A stretch of DNA of 63,191 nt, filler included, from Rhabdomonas costata (GCA_019059605.1; 38 parts of 38 records of this genome joined end to end with filler, not necessarily neighbours in it), one strand, 5' to 3'; positions 23,763 to 37,335 are shown, counted from the whole stretch's first letter. Notes: generated from the sequence alone by a model not told the origin. Numbers and translations are program-made.

Positions 23763-25712
23763 TGTTGCGGGTTGCTTGTCTGTCTGTGCTTGCATGTTCA
23801 CCTTTGCAAAGAGCTGTCAGAATCCAGAAATTGGATGTGGTCGTGATTTTTGCGGTCTTCAAAGCCATGCTGCCAGAATGCATTGCGATCCTGCAGTACA
23901 GTGCGTTGTTGGCTTTTTAATGCTTCAGGTTCTTTGAAGACACCTGTTGCTTCCTCAATGCATTATTTAAACCCCTTCTGAAGGCAGCTCGACATCGACG
24001 ACGACGGATTTTCTTGTCCTATTTTTTCATATAAATTTGCTCTGCTTTCAAAATGCACTTGCAAACGCTCTCTTATCTCCCAACGCTGCATAGCATCGCA
24101 CTGCACACACCATCGCACTGCTCTAGAGCGCCCCACACCACTGCGCCACCACCCATTACTCACTTTCTTCGTTACCTTACCTGTGCTTCTTTCTTACAGG
24201 CTTGAACGTCTTTGTTCTTTCTTTCTTTCTTCGCCTGGAATCGGTTTTGCAGTCCTCTGCAATAAACTTTGCTCCTCTGTGTTTGGGGCTTCTGCTACCC
24301 CGAATGGCATACATCTCCGGAGGTATGTGAGCTTGTGCTTCCTGGGTGAGGGGGCAGGGGGCACCTCGGATCATGCGTGGGCATAACTCGTGCTCAAGGA
24401 GAATGAAATGCACGGAAAAATGAGCACAAAAGGTTGCTCCCTGAGCACTGGCCGCAATCCCAACCCAGTGGCAGCTTTGTGTGCCACGATTATAAGGGCT
24501 CAGGCGTCGTGTGGATGGCTTCCTTCAGAATATTTATACCAAAGGCACCGCAACCGGCCGAGGGGGTGAAAAGTCAGGAAACCCTGCGACCCCTAAGGAC
24601 AGGCCCCGCAGCGCTTCAGTAGGCCTGCTGTTTATACAAGAGGCCCCAGGCCTTCCTGTGATGCTTGGAATGGTGTGAGAGCCAAGGAATGGTGTTCGTG
24701 GACCACACATAGCCGATAGAAACGGACGGCAAAAGGGAGCCCTTTAGCGCCACTTTTTGGCCCCAGACAGCGGCGGGTTTGCGAAAGCACCCACAACCAC
24801 GCCGCCGAATGCCGAATGGGGCCAGGCTCGTGGCCGCCTGAAGCAAATGCCATTCTCTTTCCTTGGCAAACAGAATGGCACATGAAAAACAACACNNNNN
24901 NNNNNNNNNNNNNNNNNNNNNNNNNNNNNNNNNNNNNNNTTAATTAATTAANNNNNNNNNNNNNNNNNNNNNNNNNNNNNNNNNNNNNNNNNNNNGTTGG
25001 TTGGTATCATTTTTATGCCTTTCGCGATGCTGTGGTCGGATGTTGTTCGGGTTCCTTTTATGTGTAGAAGGCAGGCAATTAATGCTTACGCTGTGCCCGC
25101 TTCAGTGGGGTGTGTCTGTGTTTGCCTGTGGGAGCGTCGTACAGGTTGGGTTGGGTTCTCTTCGGATGTGGGCTTTGGTTGGTGTGCCCCATTTTCTTCT
25201 GCACCACGCGGTGCCGTTGTGGAGGAATGTAGGCGAAGGGTTTATCAGGGGAGCCTCTTTGATGAGTTTCGTTTTTCTTTCGTGCGAGCCTCGCGGCTTG
25301 GAGGACATTTGGAACTCTTTCTCCATCAGTGAATGGATGCAGGAAGTACCCTTCACTCTTGTGCCCGTTTTCTGTGTGTTGTTACGCCCTGACGCGCCGT
25401 AAACATTGTGAGTGTGGGCCAATTCTCTACCGCCCTCCCCTTTCACACTCATTTGTTTTTTTTGGTGCGTTTCCCGTTTATTGCTCTCGCTGTTGTATGA
25501 TGACGTGAATTGAGATCGACTCTCTGATTCGCGTGAGGTCTCAGAAGGAACCTCATTATGCTGCTGGAGTGCGGGCTGCGAGGCAATCCCGGGTCGCAGC
25601 CGTGGAACCTTTGGGCCGCCTGTGCGTGCCGTCAGCCAACTGTATCCCTTTGCTATCCACGGTTTCCCTGGGTGCTGCATCCTGGCCCCGGAGTCGATCG
25701 TGTGCACGACGG

Positions 25713-25743
25713 TTTCAGCTCAAGAGAGCATCTTGAGCTGAAA
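25713..25743. repeat. perfect 13-bp hairpin, 5-nt loop
   Basis: TTTCAGCTCAAGA-gagca-TCTTGAGCTGAAA. Confidence 0.85.
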
Positions 25744-26661
25744 GCTCACAGGTATTAGCTCTCCCGTCCCCTTCCCCTTTTCTTTCAGCTGAGCCTGCAA
25801 AGAAGTTACGGTGGGTTGCCCAGTGATGCGCAATAATTTTGATGAGAGTGAGAATTTTGGCACCCCAGCCCACCGAGTACGCCTGTCGACGGGTGCAAGG
25901 ACCAGCGCGAAGCCGTTTCCTGTGCTTTCGCTGGAAGTCCAAGGCGTTTACTTGGTGCAACTGTCGACGGTACTGCACTACTGTAATGCGATACAGAGCC
26001 TCAGTGCAGTCATCCGGTGAGACTGGGATTTCCAGAAGATAGCTCAGAGGTTTCAGACCGAGGAACGCAGTGCTTTTTTGTAATTCTGGAACAGTCGTTG
26101 TGCATCCCGTCTGGTGGCGTCCAGAGCGCTACAAGCGCCACCTTCCGTCATAAGATCTATGTAGTTTCGTGGCCGAAGGGAATTGACGCGAAACGCATGG
26201 GCACATTCAGACACTGACTTCCACACGTAGCCCCCCCCCCTCCTTCGAAAAAAGAAAAAGGAAGGACGAACAAGGGAATACATCCTTCCAGCAAACACAG
26301 ACACAGTCATGGATAGGCAATCCAAGAACAAAGATACTCCCCTCCTTCAGTCGCATGTGCTGCAAACTCAATGGCCATTTTTGAAAACGTCTTCGCCCTT
26401 CAGTTATGAGGTTCCGCGACCGTCTTTGATATCCACCTCTCCAGACACCCGCTGCTGTCACGGAGGTGGTCTCCCGGAAGTCCTCTTTGCCCCGCCGGGT
26501 CTGACTGCAAGAAGGAATGACAAGACTGGGCTGCCCTTCTCCACTTACCACCCCCCCCACANNNNNNNNNNNNNNNNNNNNNNNNNNNNNNNNNNNNNNN
26601 NNNNNTTAATTAATTAANNNNNNNNNNNNNNNNNNNNNNNNNNNNNNNNNNNNNNNNNNNN

Positions 26662-27862
26662 GGGGGTTGGTTGAGATCGCCCTGGGGGACACCAGTCTGT
26701 ACTGCGAGGACTTCCAGAAGGCCTTCCTGGAGGCCACTCGGGCGTACTACCGCCGCGCCTGCGCAGAGGTGCTGCAGCAGGAGTGCGGGCGGTGGCGGTT
26801 CTTAGAGTGGGCGGAGCAGAGGCTGGCCGAGGAGGCTCGCCGTGCGGCGCAGTGCCTGCACTCCATCACAGCAGAGCCACTTCAAAAGGTTTTAGAAGAC
26901 GTAATCCTGAAGGTATGCCTGCCCGTGTCTGTGTGAGAATCGGATCGGCTGTCTGAGAGGAGCAAAGAGGAGGGTAGAGGCGACGAAATGTCGGTGGGTT
27001 TCCCGCGATCTTCAGGAACGTATGTATCGAAGCAAACTGTGGGCAAAAAGACGGTGGGTTCTGCTGCTTCGCAAAACTTGCTGGTTTCTGGGCAGCCTAG
27101 TGATCCTCCAGGGATGCTGGAAGCTGGAAGCTGGACTGGGCCGCTTTGCTCGTCCTGGGCGCACTAAGGGACACACCCTGCTCTATGCCGCTGTTCGTTG
27201 GCTTTCTCCAGCGCTGTGGCTTACGTTTTTCTCCTTGGGCTGGCACATGTCTGGCACCTGGGCTGTGTTTTTCATTCATTGACCTCTTCAGCTGGGCAGT
27301 CTGGCGCAATTTGCTGCTGTACGTTCATCTCGAGACTGAAGTCCTCCTATTCCATAGTCATCGGCGCCTTCATTGTGTTTCTCACTGTTCGTTCACCTTA
27401 GACCCATCTCCCGGACCTGCTGGTGGACACGGACTTCGGCTTTGAGGCCTTACTGGTCGCTTCTAAGGACAAGGGTGATTTTTTTCGTGTGCGTGGCCGC
27501 TTAGTCGAAGGTCCACACGGGAGTTGTCCCTTTCAGATGAGCTTTTCTTGTGGCCCCATGCTCACCGCAGATGTCGACGTGGCTCACGCGATATGAATTC
27601 CACTGGTTGCAGCGTAATGGGGTCAACACTCAGCAGTGAAAGCGGAGTGGGTGGTTGTATCGGAATGTCAGCACTTCGTTTCTGTGGTGCCTGTGTGTGT
27701 AAGGCTTCTCCGTTTGTAGACTTGCGGCGGATGTTTGCTCTGTGCAAGCGGGTCGAGAGAGGACTGGAAAAGGATGCCTGCGTGCTGCTGGCGAAGATGG
27801 CCTCCGTGTTCACCAAGGTCATTGGCAGGGAGGGTGCCAACCTCAACGAGGCCTTCTGCACG
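26662..27862 (+). CDS. cullin-family protein fragment; exons 26662-26912, 27402-27474, 27720-about 27862
   Basis: YCEDFQKAFLEATRAYY..RLAEEARRA..CLHSIT, then HLPDLLVDTDFGFEALL..KDK|DLRRMFAL..VERGL: cullin-repeat motifs with phase-consistent GT-AG introns. Confidence 0.9.
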
Positions 27863-28327
27863 GCACCTATCCCCTTCTCTCCGCCGCTGACCCGTACCCA
27901 CCTTCCCTCTCTCCAAATTACAGAGAACCTCGGTGTTCACGGATGCGCTGCGGAGCTAATCTCGCCAGTCTGTCCAAGAAAAGGTCCTCGATAAGCCAGC
28001 GCCTTCTTGCGCGGTTGTCGTCATTAGAGATGGGTGGCCGTGGCTGCCCCCTACCCGTCAAGTTCCCCTTTTCTCTGCGGTGACTGCTCTTTCGTCTCGC
28101 TCAACCGTGATATAAAGGAATCCAGAATGTACAAAAGGGAACAATTGAAGCACTTGCACATGACACAAATGGTACAAAGTGTCGCGTGCGGTTTCCGTTC
28201 CCCACCCAAACCCAAACACACCCACACNNNNNNNNNNNNNNNNNNNNNNNNNNNNNNNNNNNNNNNNNNNNTTAATTAATTAANNNNNNNNNNNNNNNNN
28301 NNNNNNNNNNNNNNNNNNNNNNNNNNN

Positions 28328-29830
28328 GAGGAAGGAGGCAGCAGGGGTAAGCACGATGGCCACCCACCGGAGGTTCAGTGTCTGTATCGCCCGGGCCTGC
28401 ACAATGAACGGCGTGGGGATTCCGTCGGCAGTGGTGGTAATGGGTACAAAGCTGTAGCCCGAGGCATTGCCGGCCACCGAGGACCAGCTGCCGTAATGCT
28501 GCAGCAGCCACTGCGCAGACTGGCTCACTGCGGGCTCGGTGAAGTTCAGGACGTTCACCAGAGGCGTGCTCTGTGCCAGAAGAATCGACTTCGTTGCCAG
28601 AGTTTCATCAAGTGTCAATGCAACTATGCATGTTGATCAGCGTGCATCCCTGCAGTTCAGGTGACGGGTTTGTGCTAAGCAGGCCCAAACGCAGCATAAA
28701 ACCCACAAAATCACATTGCATGCTTTTTTGTTCATGTCCGTGCTTGTGAGCATGGGTTTGTTCATGATGAGGCTTTCCCCATCGATGACCTAAAATCAGT
28801 TATTATCTTACAGTTTTGGCGTAGTACTGTAAAAGGGAAAACCCGACTCGGGGAGGACACCACACTTCGCACTTCATACCGCGTTGCCCGTGTGACTGCT
28901 CGCCACCACAGTGCCGAGGAGGTCCACCACGTACATCATCTGCCCAGGCGTCGAACTCACCACGGAGGATAGCATCGACTTCAGAGAGACCAGGAATAGG
29001 CTTCGTTGGACCATCCCCAGCAGACGATACGGAGCCTCCTGAGCAGATACCCCACATGAATACCATACAGCTCCCGCAGAAAAACACATACGGCCACAAA
29101 AATGAAGTTTCATCAGATTGTCCAGCAGGTCCATCAATGTTATCAATGTTGCGGAGAAAAAAGCGTTTTTTTTCGAAGATAATTATCAAACCCTCAAACC
29201 TTCTTGCCCAACCCATGGCCGGCATTCAACACCCGCAGCCGTGCAAGAAACACTGCTGCTCACCAGTTGCACTGACTGAACGGTTGGTTGCATTTCTAAG
29301 AAAACTTACAGCAGCTGAGGGCATAAAAGTATAACAGCAGTGCACGACTACTGTCTCACAGGAGCAATTCAAACTACCATTGTTCCAATTTCAGTACAGT
29401 CACCAGCGCAATACACAATTCCTTCACACCCGCCCAAGCGTCTGCACTTTTTCGTTCGCTTGGACACACCGCTCTGAAAACAAGCGAAGGACCCCTGGGA
29501 ACCCGAAAGAAAAGCTCACCAAACACAAACGGGGACCTTTTCTCGGATCGGGGACACCAGATTGATGAACATACGCCCTGTTACTCCAGAAACCAGTGGG
29601 CCCCAGGCCAGTTCCCCCGCAGGCAGTGTCGATGCTAGCCTGAACTCACGTCCCAGGCGAAAGTCTGTCGTTGGGCTGTCACAACTGTACCGCCCGACGA
29701 AGCACCGGCTGTCGGGGTACTCGACCTCCGAGGTATCTTGGTTCACGCGGTAGATGCTGCTGGTGCCTGTACTAGCGTTGAAGATCATCGCAAAGGACAC
29801 GCACACCACGCAGTTGCTCAGCTGCCCACC
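28328..29830 (-). CDS. Cache-like extracellular sensor domain (receptor cyclase-type); exons 29575-29830, 28880-29070, 28328-28570
   Basis: LAWGPL..LSSVV..PGQMMYVVDLLGTVVASS..SAQWLLQHYGSW..LRWVAIVLTPAASFL, a dCache-like pattern. Splice phases are consistent. Confidence 0.65.
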
Positions 29831-31750
29831 CTGCAAAAGCTGAAGGGTCGTCCCAGAGAGGGCGTCGACGAACGCGGCCCACCCCCCCCACCCNNNNNNN
29901 NNNNNNNNNNNNNNNNNNNNNNNNNNNNNNNNNNNNNTTAATTAATTAANNNNNNNNNNNNNNNNNNNNNNNNNNNNNNNNNNNNNNNNNNNNGGCATGC
30001 TGTAGCACGTAGGCAGGAGGAACACGGAGAACAGGTCACACCTGTGAAAAAGCGAGCTCGGCACGTGGAACAGGCTCGCGAGGGATGCGCGTCATGTGCA
30101 ACAGCACGGTGCAGGTGGGTGGGAAAACGCATCAAGAGGTGCAGGTGGTGATGGCCTACAGGATGTCCCCATCGCCTTCGTCCATGTGGATGACCTCTCT
30201 TAACATATAGATTGCACCCGGTACAGGAACCTCTGGTGCCACAGCAATCTGGGATGAAGCCTCCGGGAAGGCAAGCTCCTGTTTTACGCAGTGTCGGGCG
30301 ATGTTGATGATGACACTGTGCGAGATTTGGTTTGTGTAGAAGCATCCTGGGCGTAGGCAGCTAAAGCGACCAGAAATGAGGTCTGAGAGGATGGTGGTCA
30401 TCCCTATAAGAAGTGGCAGCTTCGTTGTTGAGGTCAGCGGAGCCGTCAGCCTGCGGAGCATTAGGACCCTCCGAGCTGCGAGACCCTCGGCGTAATACGT
30501 GATTTTCTCCTTGAAGCTGTCAATGGGGTTGGTAATTACTGCGGCTCTGAAGTCAAACCAATTCATTAAGAAGTTATTCGTGTACGCTGGGTGCACTCCA
30601 CTTAATGTAGCGCTGGGGCTTTCATTTCCAACTGGCTCCTTCTGGCTGCAGAGAGAGACGCACTTAGCGACCCGATGTGTTTATCTTCATGCCAAGGAAG
30701 ACCGCCTCGTGAGGTGCACTGTTGGTCTGCACGTCAATTAACTCGTAGTCGAACGCTTCCCACTGGATGGGCTGGAAGCTGAGAATGTCGTCGATTTAGC
30801 GTGGGTTGCAGTTCATGCTCTTCACGAGGTCCGTTTAATTATCGGCGAGGAGGCGGTAGATGGTACTCCTTTTCACTGCGAAGCAGTTCAAATAGGCAAA
30901 TTTAGAACTGAATTACCATTGGAACTCCATACTGCAGGTGAATGGTGGGCGAGGCCGCGTCTTGTTTGATGTACGTGTTATTCACCACAGTCTAGACCCA
31001 TTTCAGTATCTATGCCATGTTGAAGGAACAGCCTGCGGAGATGAAGACTGCACACTTGCCTTGGCTGTGCCACGTTAGGCAGATTCAAGGAATGCTTTAA
31101 GGCTTGATCCTGTGCTTCTGGTACTTGAAGGATTCGACAACATCTGGGCGGAATCCAGCAACCAACCGATCGTGTTAGAGGTTGGTGTACATAGTTTCAA
31201 AGTCCCGTGTACACACGGCCTCCTTGGCGAGCATCTGTTGATGGATCTTGATTTGTTTTGCCACATGGTACACAGAGGTCCCCACTCAATATCGCTTAAT
31301 GCCGTGAGGCCGGAACTCGCGAATGTCCTTCGTCTTCAACGCTCGCATCATCAGGCAAAAGCGCCACTCCCAATGCGGCTGCTAGCGGAGTGATGGTCGT
31401 GGCTGGTGCTAATGTGTCCTTGTTGCGGTGGGCGTTGCGGTCGATGACTGCTGTCTTAGCTCCTGTAATCAATCTTCACGGGATCCTTATGGATATTTCG
31501 CGCACCGTCGGGTACGAGTAAGCTCTGATGGACGGGCGGTCTATCTGGGCCGCGAGGTGNNNNNNNNNNNNNNNNNNNNNNNNNNNNNNNNNNNNNNNNN
31601 NNNTTAATTAATTAANNNNNNNNNNNNNNNNNNNNNNNNNNNNNNNNNNNNNNNNNNNNGGTGGTGTGGCGATTGTGGTGTGGCAAACGTATGTTTATAA
31701 TACGCCACGCTTCACGAATTTCTGCCGCTTAGACAAGCAGAGGTGCGGAC

Positions 31751-32857
31751 CGTGCCCCATCGCAGTGCATGGCAAGGCCGTGGGAATCGCAGAGCTTCCT
31801 GGCTTGCCGGAGGTACTCTACGGGTAGCACCAGACCCCCCTTGTAGTTGTGGGTGTTCTCCAGAACAAGCAGCCGAGTCACGGGGTGGTGCACATCAGCA
31901 GAGCGGATCATGCCACTTTGGTTTTTTGTGGATGTCGGAACGGTTAGACCTCAGAAAAGCCATGAACGCAGAAGCCCCATTGACGAATCGCAGAAAAGAG
32001 CACTGGAAAATGGTGTAAATACAAGCTCCACGACGGATTTCGAGCATGCCCCAACCAGATGTTCAGGAAAGGAGCGGTTCTGGCCTGACTGGGACTGAAA
32101 AAAGACCAATACACGCACCAGAATACATAATGCAAACGGTGGTTTTTTTTTGAGTGTTAAGTAGTGGGATCGAGCAGCGAAACGGCGTGCTGCGAGACTT
32201 TGCAAATGAGCGAAAAAAAAGTGCTCCGTTCCAAGGAGAGCATGGGCGAGACCAGAAGAGACTGGGGGAAAGGGAGACGAGGCAGAAGATGGCGAACACT
32301 GGAAGGGCACTGGGAAGGATCTCTAAGGCCTTCACAGATCTTGTCATGCTTCGCCGTTTCCTCGGCTCGAGCTGCTCCTCAAGGCCGGCATTTGCCACTG
32401 GATACAAGAATTTCTCCCTGCCCGATGGAGTCGAGCCCATCCCCTCATCCCCGTCCTCAGTAACGCCAACGTTCACACACGCAAATACCGCACTACGTCC
32501 AGGTCCAAGGTACCGTCGTGAAGGGTGGGCACCTCGCGGACGGCAATGCCGCCCACCTGCGAGGCGTTCCCCACCTCCGACAGCACAGTGTGCGAAAAAT
32601 CCCCTGAACAAAGGACAGTTGGTGAGTGCGGAGAGAGTAAGGAAAGGAATCACGTCAAAGGCTCTCCGCAACTATGTGGAACGACATGACCATACCTGCG
32701 AGGATTTCGCTGTGCCTGCGGTCACAGTGCACCAGCTGTGCAATGAGGTTGCTCATGGTGCCGCTGGGCACAAACATCGCGGCGGGCTTGTTCAGCAGCC
32801 GCGCCACCTCGACCTGCAGCTGGTTTACCGAGGGGTCCTCCCCAAACATATCATCGC
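31751..32857 (-). CDS. GLY1: low-specificity L-threonine aldolase (GLY1/ltaE family); exons 32696-32857, 32489-32603, 31751-31915
   Basis: [65 protein letters not shown]. All junctions are GT-AG and in phase. Confidence 0.95.
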
Positions 32858-33328
32858 CTATTACAAGACGCGGGCCCCACCACACCACCAGAAGCAAACA
32901 AGCCAATATGACGAGGAAAGACAGGCATTGCCGTGTTCCAAGCAAAGAGGTTCAGGCATACCGGAACCGGAAAGGATGTGGGGATCAACTTAGTCAGCAT
33001 CCAAAGGAAAACAACCCTCAACTTTTGAAAGAATAGGCCGAGGTACAGAAAAAGGGAGAATAACCAAGAATCAAGGGCCTCTAGCACACCAGTCCTCGGC
33101 TTCACAGTACACCGCTCAACATTCACACACCGGGCAGAATATCTATTAACACTACGCGTGCAAAAACTTCTTTCTGTCAACTGGGTTCCCTACCCGCTGC
33201 GATTTCCGCCTCAGCTATACGAGACNNNNNNNNNNNNNNNNNNNNNNNNNNNNNNNNNNNNNNNNNNNNTTAATTAATTAANNNNNNNNNNNNNNNNNNN
33301 NNNNNNNNNNNNNNNNNNNNNNNNNGGG

Positions 33329-33439
33329 TGGTTGTTCTCTCGATCGAATCGATGGGAAGGGAATGAGGGTTGGTCGACCCTATAGCGTGCCAAACCAACC
33401 CTCATTCCCTTCCCATCGATTCGATCGAGAGAACAACCA
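33329..33439. repeat. perfect 46-bp inverted repeat with 19-nt spacer at a contig start
   Basis: Arm 33329-33374 is the exact reverse complement of 33394-33439. Confidence 0.95.
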
Positions 33440-33961
33440 GGAGAAAGGAGATTCGCAGTGCCTGTGATATGCCTCATTGCCCGAAAAGCTCACTGTTGCT
33501 GAAAGGACCTAAAGTCGTGAAAAATGATGCCTCGCCGAATGAGACTTTTACGGAAGTGCTTTTCTTCACAAATAATTTGAATTGGCACAAAGTCTGCATA
33601 TTAATGTTAAGGTGTTGCAACAGAAAGGCAACATCACGACACGCCTTCTGGTCTGCTACGCACGTCCACAAGGAACATTCAGTCTTTCTCAGACATGAAA
33701 ACGCCTCTTCTGGGCGTCACAACAATTTCGACCTTGAGATCCATTCTCTCTCAATCATGCAATGACCACTGCATTTGATCGGGGCCTGTGCCAAAAACTG
33801 AGCTGTGCCTGACAAGTGGCAATGGCGACGGCTCCCAAGTGCAGCCAGCGCTCATGCGCTCACGTGCTCCTCTCCAGAGCGACCCTGCGTCTCAACTCTT
33901 CACCGAATTTCCGTTCAAGAGGGAAAGGAGGAGGGGGGCTGCGGAGGGTGAGTTTCCCCAC

Positions 33962-34105
33962 CTGCCCAGTATCCCGTTGCGGGGGAGGCCATGCAGACGC
34001 AACTGCCATCGAGCTGGCACGTCCCGTGGCCGCTGCACGTGCACAGGTTCTCGCAGGAGTCGCCGAAGTAGATTGGGGTGGCGATGCACTTGCAGCTCCC
34101 GTCCC
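33962..34105 (-). CDS. EGF/laminin-EGF-like repeat exon of a surface protein
   Basis: DGSCKC..YFGDSCENLCTCSGHGTCQLDGSCVC..GYWAG, flanked by CAG and GT. Confidence 0.85.
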
Positions 34106-36657
34106 CTGAGAGGCACAGGAGAGTGTCACTAACTCCATTTCCAGTGACGTGCGGGCATTTTTCTTTCCGCGTGCGCAAAAGCATGACCGGAGGACACCCG
34201 AACAATATATGCGGAGTGTAGCGTAGCTTCAGGAATGGTATCTTAACACTATGGTTGAACCCGCCGACCGGGACGAAAAAGCCGAAAAATGGAACGGTTC
34301 CCACAAAGGATCAACAGTCTCAGGCGTTTCCGGAAGTTTTGGTGACAAGGACACGGGCATTCTTGACCCAGAACCAACGGCAGAGTACTGGGACACCGGC
34401 CCACCGAAGGAGGACACTCACCGTGACCTACATTGTGATCAACGCTGATACAAAGCATCGGGAAAAGGAGCTGAGCGTTGCAAGCCTTGAGGCTCAACGC
34501 TTACCACATAACGCGCCACACTAGCAACGCACAAAGTTGGTACATTCAGGAAAGCTGCTTCTGCTTTGGGCACCGCAAGCAAGGAAGACGAAAAGAATCC
34601 CCCCACGAAAACAGGAAGAAGCTCGTTTCACAACGGACACATAGGCTGCACATCACGCCATCGTTGCATATGGGAGCTACCCATATCTTTCTTCCCACAT
34701 CACGAGGACTTTTCCGATTTCTGAAGGGCTGCGAAAGACTCAAAGGGAGCAACGAACCTGTGGTGCCCGCGCTGCACACCCCATGACCGGAGCATGGGTT
34801 ACTCGCGCCGCCTTGGCACTGCCGAAAACAGTTCGGTCCGGCCCAACCCGTCTCACAGTCCTGGCCGCACCCCCCACCCCAAACACACCCANNNNNNNNN
34901 NNNNNNNNNNNNNNNNNNNNNNNNNNNNNNNNNNNTTAATTAATTAANNNNNNNNNNNNNNNNNNNNNNNNNNNNNNNNNNNNNNNNNNNNGGTGTTTTT
35001 TTTTGGCAGCGTCCCCGCTACTTTCTTCTGTGGCATGTCTTCCAGGTTGATGTGGCTCGGCACAGCGAGTTCCGGAGTGTGGAGTACCAGCAAAGGCGCA
35101 AGAGGGTGATGGAGCGCAGAACGGTATGCTTGGGTTCGTTTACTCAAGAATTGCTTTCATCGCTGGTGTGGTTTCAGGGGTAGGGTCAGGAATAGTAAAA
35201 CCACTGTATTGGTATCTGACCACGTACAGCTCATTTCTGAGGTGCTTTACCCTGGCTGATAGTGAGCAGAGACATATGCCAGGACGTTGGAGACACCTGC
35301 AGAAGCTAATGTCAATTTTCTCCTACCTCATCAGCCCGATGTGTGGGCTGTGTGGGCTCTTTTGCGTGTGCGCTTTGGTGGGAAGAAAGAGCCACCATCA
35401 CAGAAAAACTTGAAGAATGTCACTTTGGTTTTGTGTATCCCCACGTTTTCAGGTGATCAAGCAATCCATGATGGCCTCTTCCTCTGCCTCTACAAGCTAG
35501 CCTCTGTCGTGGGATGGCAACGGCTTTGGTGCTTGCCGCTCTTTTTCTCAGGCATATATCCTCTATATTCGTGCTGCAGGCCAATTGTGGCTTTGCGCAA
35601 GTCGGGCATGTCTTCCTCCTGTGCACTCCTCTCCCTCCCGGCGGGTTTCATGGCCATGAGCGGCCTACTCCCAGTCCGTCTTATACCTCTCGTGCGTCCC
35701 TTTTCCCTCTTCCCTTTTTCTTCCTTTGCCAACTGCTTTCATTGCTAACTGATCCTCGAGTGAGTGTCACTCTTGTGGTGGCATGCTTGCCTTTGGCCGT
35801 ATAACCCCGACGTTTCTCTTCTGCCCGTGGGATGTGTTTGGCATTTGCAGGCTTGCACATTGGATGGTTTCCCCCGGCGGTTCCCATGAAACTGGTACCA
35901 CAGGTAAAATAGCGGCCCCTGCCGGTTTTTTGTAATTGAAGGGCATCCCTGTTTTGTGACCTACCAAGTGAGGATATTCGGGATGGAAGACTTGGAAACG
36001 CTTGCCTCCCAGATTTTTTTGGAGTCTTAGAGACTTCGTTCAGTCCATCGGCGGGGTTTTATTTTTTCATTTCCGATTTCAAATCCGCCTTTAAATCTTC
36101 TGCTTGCTCTGTTGTTCTGTACTAACTGATATTGCGGATTTTTCTCGTGAGGAGATTGGAACATGTCTTGAGGGCGATGCCGAAGCAGGCTTCGGGTTGT
36201 GTACACAGCAGGCCTCCCGAAACTCTGCGTCAAGAGTTTCTCGACCTTATACCCTCGGCCCGGTTGTGGTGCCCCTTGACTTTCGTGTCCCTTTTGCACC
36301 GTTTCGTGCCCCTCGCAGCGGAAGGCTTACGACAGTACCCACGGCATACTTTACAAGGAAGCATCCACTCTGGAGGGGCTTGGCAACATTTATCCAATTT
36401 GCATGAATACCGACAAGCCAGAAAGACGAATGACCCCAAGTGGTGTTGAATATTTGTTACTTCCAGTTGTTACTGCCAGGTGTTCGGAACTCCATGGCGC
36501 CGTGTGCTTACAGACCACGGCGATGCCTTTAATACCCACCTTCATGTTCAAGCAGCANNNNNNNNNNNNNNNNNNNNNNNNNNNNNNNNNNNNNNNNNNN
36601 NTTAATTAATTAANNNNNNNNNNNNNNNNNNNNNNNNNNNNNNNNNNNNNNNNNNNN

Positions 36658-37099
36658 GGGCCAGTGGAGTTAGGTATGTGAAGAGGTACCTCGGCTGGGA
36701 AGCATCTTTCCCCCCATCGATGCGAGTCCCAAACTGCCTGCGAAAACGCGGAAAGAAGCAGTCAAGACACCGGAAGCCGACAGAGACCGTCTGCTGTAGG
36801 AAACGGGTGTGAGGCCGCCCAAAGAAGTCTGCACCGAAATCAGGCATACCCCACAGGGTAAAGCAGGTTGATGTTGTTGGAGCCCACAAAGTCCTGTGCC
36901 ATGCCAATAATTGTGCCCTGAAGGCTGACTTCACCGTGGTGGTATGCACTGTGTTCCGAGACATAGCCTGCAGAACAAGAGCGGAACCGTGGCTGACTTT
37001 TGAAAACCAGTTCAACAGTGACGTCCTGGAAAAAAGCCGCCAGAATGGTACCAACCTTCCCCTCAAGAATAAGTTCAGCAGGAATCTAACCGTACACAT
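36658..37099 (-). mobile_element. possible non-LTR retrotransposon C-terminal remnant downstream of a TOP2 exon, probably intronic
   Basis: Open frame with FRAQLLAWHRTLW..PDF..RPHTRFLQ..FRC, loosely like the post-RT region of LINE ORF2. No RT motif is visible. Confidence 0.2.
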
Positions 37100-37335
37100 C
37101 TAAACGATCTGAGAAACATCACATGCAAATTTGGCTGCGGACTATTTGGTATTGTTGTGCATAAAATGGCAATGCACAAAAGGCGGATCGTTATGCTCAA
37201 ACAATGCTAAGCTCCGGGCAAGCAAGAGAAGACCCAGTGACTCAGACTCACTTATTTGAAGGAGCCGGTCAAAACGCAACCGGAGCCCCCCCCCCCCAGA
37301 AAAAATACACGCACACACACAACATAGATACTCAC

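Noticed and set aside
25497..25570. ATGATGA...CTGA as a box C/D snoRNA
   Set aside because: No terminal stem or terminal D box, and no identifiable rRNA guide.
29994..31559. Decayed coding-like sequence (also contigs 1-1565, 34992-36557, 44988-46553)
   Set aside because: Possibly transposon relics, but no diagnostic motif could be recognised.
35300..35350. CTGATGA..GAAA on the minus strand as a hammerhead ribozyme
   Set aside because: Stems I-III cannot be formed.
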